Positions 28,701-41,500 of a stretch of 64,000 nt of DNA are shown in pieces. Every line of letters starts with the position of its first letter. The first letter of the stretch is position 1. Under the pieces are notes generated by a model. It had not been told where the DNA came from, did no database searches, and saw only the letters and a list, made by a program, of their open reading frames with translations. Made by a program: the position numbers and the translations under genes. The DNA lies in the NCBI GenBank assembly GCA_964016885.1, contig OZ024741.1, positions 210,552,001-210,616,000 on the forward strand, read 5' to 3'. This DNA is from Eledone cirrhosa. Its lineage: Eukaryota.

Positions 28701-31700
28701 ACTGTCTCAGCCACAGTCCACCTATCTCAACCACAGTCCACTGTCTCAACCACAGTCCACTGTCTCAGCCTCAGTTCACCTATCTCAACCACAGTCCACT
28801 GTCTCAGCCTCAGTCCACTGTCTCAGCCACAGTCCACTGTCTCAGCCTCAGTCCACTGTCTCAGCCACAGTCCACTGTCTCAGCCTCAGTCCACTGTCTC
28901 AGCCACAGTCCACCTATCTCAGCCACAGTCCACTGTCTCAGCCACAGTCCACTGTCTCAGCCACAGTCCACTGTCTCAGCCTCAGTCCACTGTCTCAGCC
29001 ACAGTCCACTGTCTCAGCCTCAGTCCACTGTCTCAGCCACAGTCCACCTATCTCAGCCACAGTCCACTGTCTCAGCCACAGTCCACTGTCTCAGCCACAG
29101 TCCACTGTCTCAGCCACAGTCCACCTATCTCAACCACAGTCCACTGTCTCAACCACAGTCCACTGTCTCAGCCTCAGTTCACCTATCTCAACCACAGTCC
29201 ACTGTCTCAGCCACAGTCCACCTATCTCAGCCACAGTCCACTGTCTCAGCCACAGTCCACCTATCTCAGCCACAGTCCACCTATCTCAGCCACAGTCCAC
29301 TGTCTCAGCCACAGTCCACCTATCTCAGCCACAGTCCACCTATCTCAGCCACAGTCCACTGTCTCAGCCACAGTCCACCTATCTCAGTCTCAGTCCACTG
29401 TCTCAGCCACAGTCCACCTATCTCAGCCACAGTCCACTGTCTCAGCCTCAGTTCACCTATCTCAGCCACAGTCCATTGTCTCAGCCACAGTCCACCTATC
29501 TCAGCCACAGTCCACTGTCTCAGCCTCAGTTCACCTATCTCAACCACAGTCCACTGTCTCAGCCTCAGTTCACCTATCTCAGCCACAGTCCACCTATCTC
29601 AGTCTCAGTCCACTGTCTCAGCCACAGTCCACCTATCTCAGCCACAGTCCACTGTCTCAGCCTCAGTTCACCTATCTCAACCACAGTCCACTGTCTCAGC
29701 CTAAGTCCACCTATCTCAACCACAGTCCACCTATCTCAGTCTCAGTCCACTGTCTCAGCCACAGTCCACCTATCTCAACCACAGTCCACTGTCTCAGCCT
29801 CAGTTCACCTATCTCAGCCACAGTCCACCTATCTCAGTCTCAGTCCACTGTCTCAGCCACAGTCCACCTATCTCAGCCACAGTCCACTGTCTCAGCCTCA
29901 GTTCACCTATCTCAGCCACAGTCCACTGTCTCAGCCTCAGTCCACTGTCTCAGCCACAGTCCACCTATCTCAGCCACAGTCCACTGTCTCAGCCACAGTC
30001 CACCTATTTCAGCCACAGTCCACCTATCTCAGCCACAGTCCACTGTCTCAGCCACAGTCCACCTATCTCAGCCACAGTCCACCTATCTCAGCCACAGTCC
30101 ACTGTCTCAGCCACAGTCCACCTATCTCAGTCTCAGTCCACTGTCTCAGCCACAGTCCACCTATCTCAGCCACAGTCCACTGTCTCAGCCTCAGTTCACC
30201 TATCTCAGCCACAGTCCATTGTCTCAGCCACAGTCCACCTATCTCAGCCACAGTCCACTGTCTCAGCCTCAGTTCACCTATCTCAGCCACAGTCCACCTA
30301 TCTCAGTCTCAGTCCACTGTCTCAGCCACAGTCCACCTATCTCAGCCACAGTCCACTGTCTCAGCCTCAGTTCACCTATCTCAACCACAGTCCACTGTCT
30401 CAGCCTCAGTCCACCTATCTCAACCACAGTCCACCTATCTCAGTCTCAGTCCACTGTCTCAGCCACAGTCCACCTATCTCAACCACAGTCCACTGTCTCA
30501 GCCTCAGTTCACCTATCTCAGCCACAGTCCACCTATCTCAGTCTCAGTCCACTGTCTCAGCCACAGTCCACCTATCTCAGCCACAGTCCACTGTCTCAGC
30601 CTCAGTTCACCTATCTCAACCACAGTCCACCTATCTCAGTCTCAGTCCACTGTCTCAGCCACAGTCCACTGTCTCAGCCACAGTCCACCTATCTCAGCCA
30701 CAGTCCACTGTCTCAGCCTCAGTTCACCTATCTCAACCACAGTCCACCTATCTCAGCCTCAGTCCACTGTCTCAGCCTCAGTTCACCTATCTCAGCCACA
30801 GTCCACTGTCTCAGCCACAGTCCACCTATCTCAGCCACAGTCCACTGTCTCAGCCACAGTCCACCTATCTCAACCACAGTCCACTGTCTCAGCCACAGTC
30901 CACCTATCTCAGCCACAGTCCACTGTCTCAGCCTCAGTTCACCTATCTCAGCCACAGTCCACTGTCTCAGCCACAGTCCACCTATCTCAGCCACAGTCCA
31001 CTGTCTCAGCCACAGTCCACCTATCTCAACCACAGTCCACTGTCTCAGCCACAGTCCACCTATCTCAGCCTCAGTCCACTGTCTCAGCCTCAGTCCACTG
31101 TCTCAGCCACAGTCCACTGTCTCAGCCTCAGTCCACTGTCTCAGCCACAGTCCACCTATCTCAGCCACAGTCCACTGTCTCAGCCACAGTCCACCTATCT
31201 CAGCCACAGTCCACTGTCTCAGCCTCAGTCCACCTATCTCAGCCAGAGTCCACTGTCTCAGCCTCAGTCCACTGTCTCAGCCACAGTCCACCTATCTCAG
31301 CCACAGTCCACTGTCTCAGCCTCAGTCCACTGTCTCAGCCACAGTCCACCTACCTCAGCCACAGTCCACTGTCTCAGCCTCAGTCCACTGTCTCAGCCAC
31401 AGTCCACCTATCTCAGCCACAGTCGACTGTCTCAGCCACAGTCCACCTATCTCAGCCACAGTCCACTGTCTCAGCCACAGTCCACCTATCTCAACCACAG
31501 TCCACTGTCTCAACCACAGTCCACTGTCTCAGCCTCAGTTCACCTATCTCAACCACAGTCCACTGTCTCAGCCTCAGTCCACTGTCTCAGCCACAGTCCA
31601 CTGTCTCAGCCTCAGTCCACTGTCTCAGCCACAGTCCACTGTCTCAGCCTCAGTCCACTGTCTCAGCCACAGTCCACCTATCTCAGCCACAGTCCACTGT

Positions 31701-34700
31701 CTCAGCCACAGTCCACTGTCTCAGCCACAGTCCACTGTCTCAGCCTCAGTCCACTGTCTCAGCCACAGTCCACTGTCTCAGCCTCAGTCCACTGTCTCAG
31801 CCACAGTCCACCTATCTCAGCCACAGTCCACTGTCTCAGCCACAGTCCACTGTCTCAGCCACAGTCCACTGTCTCAGCCACAGTCCACCTATCTCAACCA
31901 CAGTCCACTGTCTCAACCACAGTCCACTGTCTCAGCCTCAGTTCACCTATCTCAACCACAGTCCACTGTCTCAGCCACAGTCCACCTATCTCAGCCACAG
32001 TCCACTGTCTCAGCCACAGTCCACCTATCTCAGCCACAGTCCACCTATCTCAGCCACAGTCCACTGTCTCAGCCACAGTCCACCTATCTCAGCCACAGTC
32101 CACCTATCTCAGCCACAGTCCACTGTCTCAGCCACAGTCCACCTATCTCAGTCTCAGTCCACTGTCTCAGCCACAGTCCACCTATCTCAGCCACAGTCCA
32201 CTGTCTCAGCCTCAGTTCACCTATCTCAGCCACAGTCCATTGTCTCAGCCACAGTCCACCTATCTCAGCCACAGTCCACTGTCTCAGCCTCAGTTCACCT
32301 ATCTCAACCACAGTCCACTGTCTCAGCCTCAGTTCACCTATCTCAGCCACAGTCCACCTATCTCAGTCTCAGTCCACTGTCTCAGCCACAGTCCACCTAT
32401 CTCAGCCACAGTCCACTGTCTCAGCCTCAGTTCACCTATCTCAACCACAGTCCACTGTCTCAGCCTCAGTCCACCTATCTCAACCACAGTCCACCTATCT
32501 CAGTCTCAGTCCACTGTCTCAGCCACAGTCCACCTATCTCAACCACAGTCCACTGTCTCAGCCTCAGTTCACCTATCTCAGCCACAGTCCACCTATCTCA
32601 GTCTCAGTCCACTGTCTCAGCCACAGTCCACCTATCTCAACCACAGTCCACTGTCTCAGCCTCAGTTCACCTATCTCAACCACAGTCCACCTATCTCAGT
32701 CTCAGTCCACTGTCTCAGCCACAGTCCACTGTCTCAGCCACAGTCCACCTATCTCAGCCACAGTCCACTGTCTCAGCCTCAGTTCACCTATCTCAACCAC
32801 AGTCCACCTATCTCAGCCTCAGTCCACTGTCTCAGCCTCAGTTCACCTATCTCAGCCACAGTCCGCTGTCTCAGCCACAGTCCACCTATCTCAGCCACAG
32901 TCCACTGTCTCAGCCACAGTCCACCTATCTCAACCACAGTCCACTGTCTCAGCCACAGTCCACCTATCTCAGCCACAGTCCACTGTCTCAGCCTCAGTTC
33001 ACCTATCTCAACCACAGTCCACCTATCTCAGTCTCAGTCCACTGTCTCAGCCACAGTCCACTGTCTCAGCCACAGTCCACCTATCTCAGCCACAGTCCAC
33101 TGTCTCAGCCTCAGTTCACCTATCTCAACCACAGTCCACCTATCTCAGCCTCAGTCCACTGTCTCAGCCTCAGTTCACCTATCTCAGCCACAGTCCACTG
33201 TCTCAGCCACAGTCCACCTATCTCAGCCACAGTCCACTGTCTCAGCCACAGTCCACCTATCTCAACCACAGTCCACTGTCTCAGCCACAGTCCACCTATC
33301 TCAGCCTCAGTCCACTGTCTCAGCCTCAGTCCACTGTCTCAGCCACAGTCCACTGTCTCAGCCTCAGTCCACTGTCTCAGCCACAGTCCACCTATCTCAG
33401 CCACAGTCCACTGTCTCAGCCACAGTCCACCTATCTCAGCCACAGTCCACTGTCTCAGCCTCAGTCCACCTATCTCAGCCAGAGTCCACTGTCTCAGCCT
33501 CAGTCCACTGTCTCAGCCACAGTCCACCTATCTCAGCCACAGTCCACTGTCTCAGCCTCAGTCCACTGTCTCAGCCACAGTCCACCTACCTCAGCCACAG
33601 TCCACTGTCTCAGCCTCAGTCCACTGTCTCAGCCACAGTCCACCTATCTCAGCCACAGTCGACTGTCTCAGCCACAGTCCACCTATCTCAACCACAGTCC
33701 ACTGTCTCAACCACAATCCACTGTCTCAGCCTCAGTTCACCTATCTCAACCACAGTCCACTGTCTCAGCCTCAGTCCACTGTCTCAGCCACAGTCCACTG
33801 TCTCAGCCTCAGTCCACTGTCTCAGCCACAGTCCACTGTCTCAGCCTCAGTCCACTGTCTCAGCCACAGTCCACCTATCTCAGCCACAGTCCACTGTCTC
33901 AGCCACAGTCCACTGTCTCAGCCACAGTCCACTGTCTCAGCCACAGTCCACCTATCTCAACCACAGTCCACTGTCTCAACCACAGTCCACTGTCTCAGCC
34001 TCAGTTCACCTATCTCAACCACAGTCCACTGTCTCAGCCTCAGTCCACCTATCTCAGCCACAGTCCACCTATCTCAGCCACAGTCCACCTATCTCAGCCA
34101 CAGTCCACTGTCTCAGCCTCAGTCCACTGTCTCAGCCACAGTCCACCTATCTCAGCCACAGTCCACTGTCTCAGCCACAGTCCACTGTCTCAGCCTCAGT
34201 CCACTGTCTCAGCCACAGTCCACCTATCTCAGCCACAGTCCACCTATCTCAGCCTCAGTCCACTGTCTCAGCCTCAGTCCACTGTCTCAGCCACAGTCCA
34301 CCTATCTCAGCCACAGTCCACTGTCTCAGCCTCAGTCCACCTATCTCAGCCACAGTCCACCTATCTCAGCCACAGTCCACTGTTTCAGCCACAGTCCACT
34401 GTCTCAGCCACAGTCCATCTATCTCAGCCACAGTCCACTGTCTCAGCCACAGTCAACCTATCTCAACCACAGTCCACTGTCTCAACCACAGTCCACTGTC
34501 TCAGCCACAGTCCACTGTCTCAGCCTCAGTCCACCTATCTCAGCCACAGTCCACCTATCTCAGCCACAGTCCACTGTCTCAGCCACAGTCCACTGTCTCA
34601 GCCACAGTCCACCTATCTCAGCCACAGTCCACTGTCTCAGCCTCAGTCCACTGTCTCAGCCACAGTCCACCTATCTCAGCCACAGTCCACCTATCTCAGC

Positions 34701-37300
34701 CACAGTCCACTGTCTCAGCCTCAGTTCACTGTCTCAGCCACAGTCCACCTATCTCAGCCACAGTCCACTGTCTCAGCCACAGTCCACCTATCTCAGCCAC
34801 AGTCCAATGTCTCAGCCTCAGTCCACCTATCTCAGCCACAGTCCACTGTCTCAGCCTCAGTCCACTGTCTCAGCCACAGTCCACCTATCTCAGCCACAGT
34901 CCACTGTCTCAGCCTCAGTCCACTGTCTCAGCCACAGTCCACCTATCTCAGCCACAGTCCACCTATCGCAGCCACAGTCCACTGTCTCAGCCTCAGTTCA
35001 CTGTCTCAGCCACAGTCCACCTATCTCAGCCACAGTCCACTGTCTCAGCCACAGTCCACCTATCTCAGCCACAGTCCACTGTCTCAGCCTCAGTCCACTG
35101 TCTCAGCCACAGTCCACCTATCTCAGCCACAGTCCACCTATCTCAACCACAGTCCACTGTCTCAGCCTCAGTTCACCTATCTCAACCACAGTCCACTGTC
35201 TCAGCCTCATTCCACTGTCTCAGCCTCAGTCCACCTATGTCAGCCACAGTCCACTGTCTCAGCCTCAGTCCACGTATCTCAGCCACAGACCACTGTCTCA
35301 GCCACAGTCCACCTATCTCAGCCACAGTCCACTGTCTCAGCCACAGTCCACCTATCTCAACCACAGTCCACTGTCTCAGCCTCAGTCCACTGTCTCAGCC
35401 TCAGTTCACCTATCTCAACCACAGTCCACTGTCTCAGCCTCAGTCCACTGTCTCAGCCACAGTCCACTGTCTCAGCCTCAGTCCACTGTCTCAGCCACAG
35501 TCCACCTATCTCAGCCACAGTCCACTGTCTCAGCCACAGTCCACCTATCTCAGCCACAGTCCACTGTCTCAGCCTCAATCCACCTATCTCAGCCACAGTC
35601 CACTGTCTCAGCCTCAGTCCACTGTCTCAGCCACAGTCCGCCTATCTCACCCTCAGTCCACTGTCTCAGCCACAGTCCACCTATCTCAGCCTCAGTCCAC
35701 CGTCTCAGCCACAGTCCACTGTCTCAGCCACAGTCCATTGTCTCAGCCACAGTCCACTGTCTCAGCCTCAGTTCACCTATCTCAACCACAGTCCACTGTC
35801 TCAACCTCAGTTCACCTATCTCAACCACAGTCCACTGTCTCAGCCTCAGTCCACTGTCTCAGCCACAGTCCACTGTCTCAGCCTCAGTCCACTGTCTCAG
35901 CCACAGTCCACTGTCTCAGCCTCAGTCCACTGTCTCAGCCACAGTCCACCTATCTCAGCCACAGTCCACTGTCTCAGCCACAGTCCACTGTCTCAGCCAC
36001 AGTCCACTGTCTCAGCCACAGTCCACCTATCTCAACCACAGTCCACTGTCTCAACCACAGTCCACTGTCTCAGCCTCAGTTCACCTATCTCAACCACAGT
36101 CCACTGTCTCAGCCACAGTCCACCTATCTCAGCCACAGTCCACTGTCTCAGCCACAGTCCACCTATCTCAGCCACAGTCCACCTATCTCAGCCACAGTCC
36201 ACTGTCTCAGCCACAGTCCACCTATCTCAGCCACAGTCCACCTATCTCAGCCACAGTCCACTGTCTCAGCCACAGTCCACCTATCTCAGTCTCAGTCCAC
36301 TGTCTCAGCCACAGTCCACCTATCTCAGCCACAGTCCACTGTCTCAGCCTCAGTTCACCTATCTCAGCCACAGTCCATTGTCTCAGCCACAGTCCACCTA
36401 TCTCAGCCACAGTCCACTGTCTCAGCCTCAGTTCACCTATCTCAACCACAGTCCACTGTCTCAGCCTCAGTTCACCTATCTCAGCCACAGTCCACCTATC
36501 TCAGTCTCAGTCCACTGTCTCAGCCACAGTCCACCTATCTCAGCCACAGTCCACTGTCTCAGCCTCAGTTCACCTATCTCAACCACAGTCCACTGTCTCA
36601 GCCTCAGTCCACCTATCTCAACCACAGTCCACCTATCTCAGTCTCAGTCCACTGTCTCAGCCACAGTCCACCTATCTCAACCACAGTCCACTGTCTCAGC
36701 CTCAGTTCACCTATCTCAGCCACAGTCCACCTATCTCAGTCTCAGTCCACTGTCTCAGCCACAGTCCACCTATCTCAGCCACAGTCCACTGTCTCAGCCT
36801 CAGTTCACCTATCTCAACCACAGTCCACCTATCTCAGTCTCAGTCCACTGTCTCAGCCACAGTCCACTGTCTCAGCCACAGTCCACCTATCTCAGCCACA
36901 GTCCACTGTCTCAGCCTCAGTTCACCTATCTCAACCACAGTCCACCTATCTCAGCCTCAGTCCACTGTCTCAGCCTCAGTTCACCTATCTCAGCCACAGT
37001 CCACTGTCTCAGCCACAGTCCACCTATCTCAGCCACAGTCCACTGTCTCAGCCACAGTCCACCTATCTCAACCACAGTCCACTGTCTCAGCCACAGTCCA
37101 CCTATCTCAGCCACAGTCCACTGTCTCAGCCTCAGTTCACCTATCTCAACCACAGTCCACCTATCTCAGTCTCAGTCCACTGTCTCAGCCACAGTCCACT
37201 GTCTCAGCCACAGTCCACCTATCTCAGCCACAGTCCACTGTCTCAGCCTCAGTTCACCTATCTCAACCACAGTCCACCTATCTCAGCCTCAGTCCACTGT
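16800..37300. repeat. Large higher-order tandem duplication; offset 10809 bp in the proximal part and 9470 bp in the distal part, the 1339-bp difference being an internal duplication present only in the first copy
   Basis: +10809: GTCGAC 17849/28658 and 20613/31422, TAA of CCTAAG 18893/29702, CCACCTATTT 19191/30000. +9470: GTCCGCTG 23391/32861, GTCGAC 24188/33658, AGTCAACC 24981/34451, CACGTA 25801/35271. +1339: GTCGAC 20613/21952, minus ORFs 21275/22614. Confidence 0.92.
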
Positions 37301-38559
37301 CTCAGCCTCAGTTCACCTATCTCAGCCACAGTCCACTGTCTCAGCCACAGTCCACCTATCTCAGCCACAGTCCACTGTCTCAGCCACAGTCCACCTATCT
37401 CAACCACAGTCCACTGTCTCAGCCACAGTCCACCTATCTCAGCCTCAGTCCACTGTCTCAGCCTCAGTCCACTGTCTCAGCCACAGTCCACTGTCTCAGC
37501 CTCAGTCCACTGTCTCAGCCACAGTCCACCTATCTCAGCCACAGTCCACTGTCTCAGCCACAGTCCACCTATCTCAGCCACAGTCCACTGTCTCAGCCTC
37601 AGTCCACCTATCTCAGCCAGAGTCCACTGTCTCAGCCTCAGTCCACTGTCTCAGCCACAGTCCACCTATCTCAGCCACAGTCCACTGTCTCAGCCTCAGT
37701 CCACTGTCTCAGCCACAGTCCACCTACCTCAGCCACAGTCCACTGTCTCAGCCTCAGTCCACTGTCTCAGCCACAGTCCACCTATCTCAGCCACAGTCGA
37801 CTGTCTCAGCCACAGTCCACCTATCTCAGCCACAGTCCACTGTCTCAGCCACAGTCCACCTATCTCAACCACAGTCCACTGTCTCAACCACAATCCACTG
37901 TCTCAGCCTCAGTTCACCTATCTCAACCACAGTCCACTGTCTCAGCCTCAGTCCACTGTCTCAGCCACAGTCCACTGTCTCAGCCTCAGTCCACTGTCTC
38001 AGCCACAGTCCACTGTCTCAGCCTCAGTCCACTGTCTCAGCCACAGTCCACCTATCTCAGCCACAGTCCACTGTCTCAGCCACAGTCCACTGTCTCAGCC
38101 ACAGTCCACTGTCTCAGCCACAGTCCACCTATCTCAACCACAGTCCACTGTCTCAACCACAGTCCACTGTCTCAGCCTCAGTTCACCTATCTCAACCACA
38201 GTCCACTGTCTCAGCCTCAGTCCACCTATCTCAGCCACAGTCCACCTATCTCAGCCACAGTCCACCTATCTCAGCCACAGTCCACTGTCTCAGCCTCAGT
38301 CCACTGTCTCAGCCACAGTCCACCTATCTCAGCCACAGTCCACTGTCTTAGCCACAGTCCACTGTCTCAGCCTCAGTCCACTGTCTCAGCCACAGTCCAC
38401 CTATCTCAGCCACAGTCCACCTATCTCAGCCTCAGTCCACTGTCTCAGCCTCAGTCCACTGTCTCAGCCACAGTCCACCTATCTCAGCCACAGTCCACTG
38501 TCTCAGCCTCAGTCCACCTATCTCAGCCACAGTCCACCTATCTCAGCCACAGTCCACTG

Positions 38560-41500
38560 TTTCAGCCACAGTCCACTGTCTCAGCCACAGTCCATCTATC
38601 TCAGCCACAGTCCACTGTCTCAGCCACAGTCCACCTATCTCAACCACAGTCCACTGTCTCAACCACAGTCCACTGTCTCAGCCACAGTCCACTGTCTCAG
38701 CCTCAGTCCACCTATCTCAGCCACAGTCCACCTATCTCAGCCACAGTCCACTGTCTCAGCCACAGTCCACTGTCTCAGCCACAGTCCACCTATCTCAGCC
38801 ACAGTCCACTGTCTCAGCCTCAGTCCACTGTCTCAGCCACAGTCCACCTATCTCAGCCACAGTCCACCTATCTCAGCCACAGTCCACTGTCTCAGCCTCA
38901 GTTCACTGTCTCAGCCACAGTCCACCTATCTCAGCCACAGTCCACTGTCTCAGCCACAGTCCACCTATCTCAGCCACAGTCCAATGTCTCAGCCTCAGTC
39001 CACCTATCTCAGCCACAGTCCACTGTCTCAGCCTCAGTCCACTGTCTCAGCCACAGTCCACCTATCTCAGCCACAGTCCACTGTCTCAGCCTCAGTCCAC
39101 TGTCTCAGCCACAGTCAACCTATCTCAGCCACAGTCCACCTATCGCAGCCACAGTCCACTGTCTCAGCCTCAGTTCACTGTCTCAGCCACAGTCCACCTA
39201 TCTCAGCCACAGTCCACTGTCTCAGCCACAGTCCACCTATCTCAGCCACAGTCCACTGTCTCAGCCTCAGTCCACTGTCTCAGCCACAGTCCACCTATCT
39301 CAGCCACAGTCCACCTATCTCAACCACAGTCCACTGTCTCAGCCTCAGTTCACCTATCTCAACCACAGTCCACTGTCTCAGCCTCATTCCACTGTCTCAG
39401 CCTCAGTCCACCTATGTCAGCCACAGTCCACTGTCTCAGCCTCAGTCCACCTATCTCAGCCACAGACCACTGTCTCAGCCACAGTCCACCTATCTCAGCC
39501 ACAGTCCACTGTCTCAGCCACAGTCCACCTATCTCAACCACAGTCCACTGTCTCAGCCTCAGTCCACTGTCTCAGCCTCAGTTCACCTATCTCAACCACA
39601 GTCCACTGTCTCAGCCTCAGTCCACTGTCTCAGCCACAGTCCACTGTCTCAGCCTCAGTCCACTGTCTCAGCCACAGTCCACCTATCTCAGCCACAGTCC
39701 ACTGTCTCAGCCACAGTCCACCTATCTCAGCCACAGTCCACTGTCTCAGCCTCAATCCACCTATCTCAGCCACAGTCCACTGTCTCAGCCTCAGTCCACT
39801 GTCTCAGCCACAGTCCGCCTATCTCACCCTCAGTCCACTGTCTCAGCCACAGTCCACCTATCTCAGCCTCAGTCCACCGTCTCAGCCACAGTCCACTGTC
39901 TCAGCCACAGTCCATTGTCTCAGCCACAGTCCACTGTCTCAGCCTCAGTTCACCTATCTCAACCACAGTCCACTGTCTCAGCCTCAGTCCACTGTCTCAG
40001 CCACAGTCCACCTATCTCAGCCACAGTCCACCTATCTCAGCCACAGTCCACTGTCTCAGCCTCAGTTCACTGTCTCAGCCACAGTCCACCTATCTCAGCC
40101 ACAGTCCACTGTCTCAGCCACAGTCCACCTATCTCAGCCACAGTCCAATGTCTCAGCCTCAGTCCACCTATCTCAGCCACAGTCCACTGTCTCAGCCTCA
40201 GTCCACTGTCTCAGCCACAGTCCACCTATCTCAGCCACAGTCCACTGTCTCAGCCTCAGTCCACTGTCTCAGCCACAGTCCACCTATCTCAGCCACAGTC
40301 CACCTATCGCAGCCACAGTCCACTGTCTCAGCCTCAGTTCACTGTCTCAGCCACAGTCCACCTATCTCAGCCACAGTCCACTGTCTCAGCCACAGTCCAC
40401 CTATCTCAGCCACAGTCCACTGTCTCAGCCTCAGTCCACTGTCTCAGCCACAGTCCACCTATCTCAGCCACAGTCCACCTATCTCAACCACAGTCCACTG
40501 TCTCAGCCTCAGTTCACCTATCTCAACCACAGTCCACTGTCTCAGCCTCATTCCACTGTCTCAGCCTCAGTCCACCTATGTCAGCCACAGTCCACTGTCT
40601 CAGCCTCAGTCCACGTATCTCAGCCACAGACCACTGTCTCAGCCACAGTCCACCTATCTCAGCCACAGTCCACTGTCTCAGCCACAGTCCACCTATCTCA
40701 ACCAAAGTCCACTGTCTCAGCCTCAGTCCACTGTCTCAGCCTCAGTTCACCTATCTCAACCACAGTCCACTGTCTCAGCCTCAGTCCACTGTCTCAGCCA
40801 CAGTCCACTGTCTCAGCCTCAGTCCACTGTCTCAGCCACAGTCCACCTATCTCAGCCACAGTCCACTGTCTCAGCCACAGTCCACCTATCTCAGCCACAG
40901 TCCACTGTCTCAGCCTCAATCCACCTATCTCAGCCACAGTCCACTGTCTCAGCCTCAGTCCACTGTCTCAGCCACAGTCCGCCTATCTCACCCTCAGTCC
41001 ACTGTCTCAGCCACAGTCCACCTATCTCAGCCTCAGTCCACCGTCTCAGCCACAGTCCACTGTCTCAGCCACAGTCCATTGTCTCAGCCACAGTCCACTG
41101 TCTCAGCCTCAGTTCACCTATCTCAACCACAGTCCACTGTCTCAGCCTCAGTTCACCTATCTCAACCACAGTCCACTGTCTCAGCCTCAGTCCACTGTCT
41201 CAGCCACAGTCCACTGTCTCAGCCTCAGTCCACTGTCTCAGCCACAGTCCACTGTCTCAGCCTCAGTCCACTGTCTCAGCCACAGTCCATCTATCTCAGC
41301 CACAGTCCACTGTCTCAGCCACAGTCCACCTATCTCAACCACAGTCCACTGTCTCAACCACAGTCCACTGTCTCAGCCACAGTCCACTGTCTCAGCCTCA
41401 GTCCACCTATCTCAGCCACAGTCCACCTATCTCAGCCACAGTCCACTGTCTCAGCCACAGTCCACTGTCTCAGCCACAGTCCACCTATCTCAGCCACAGT

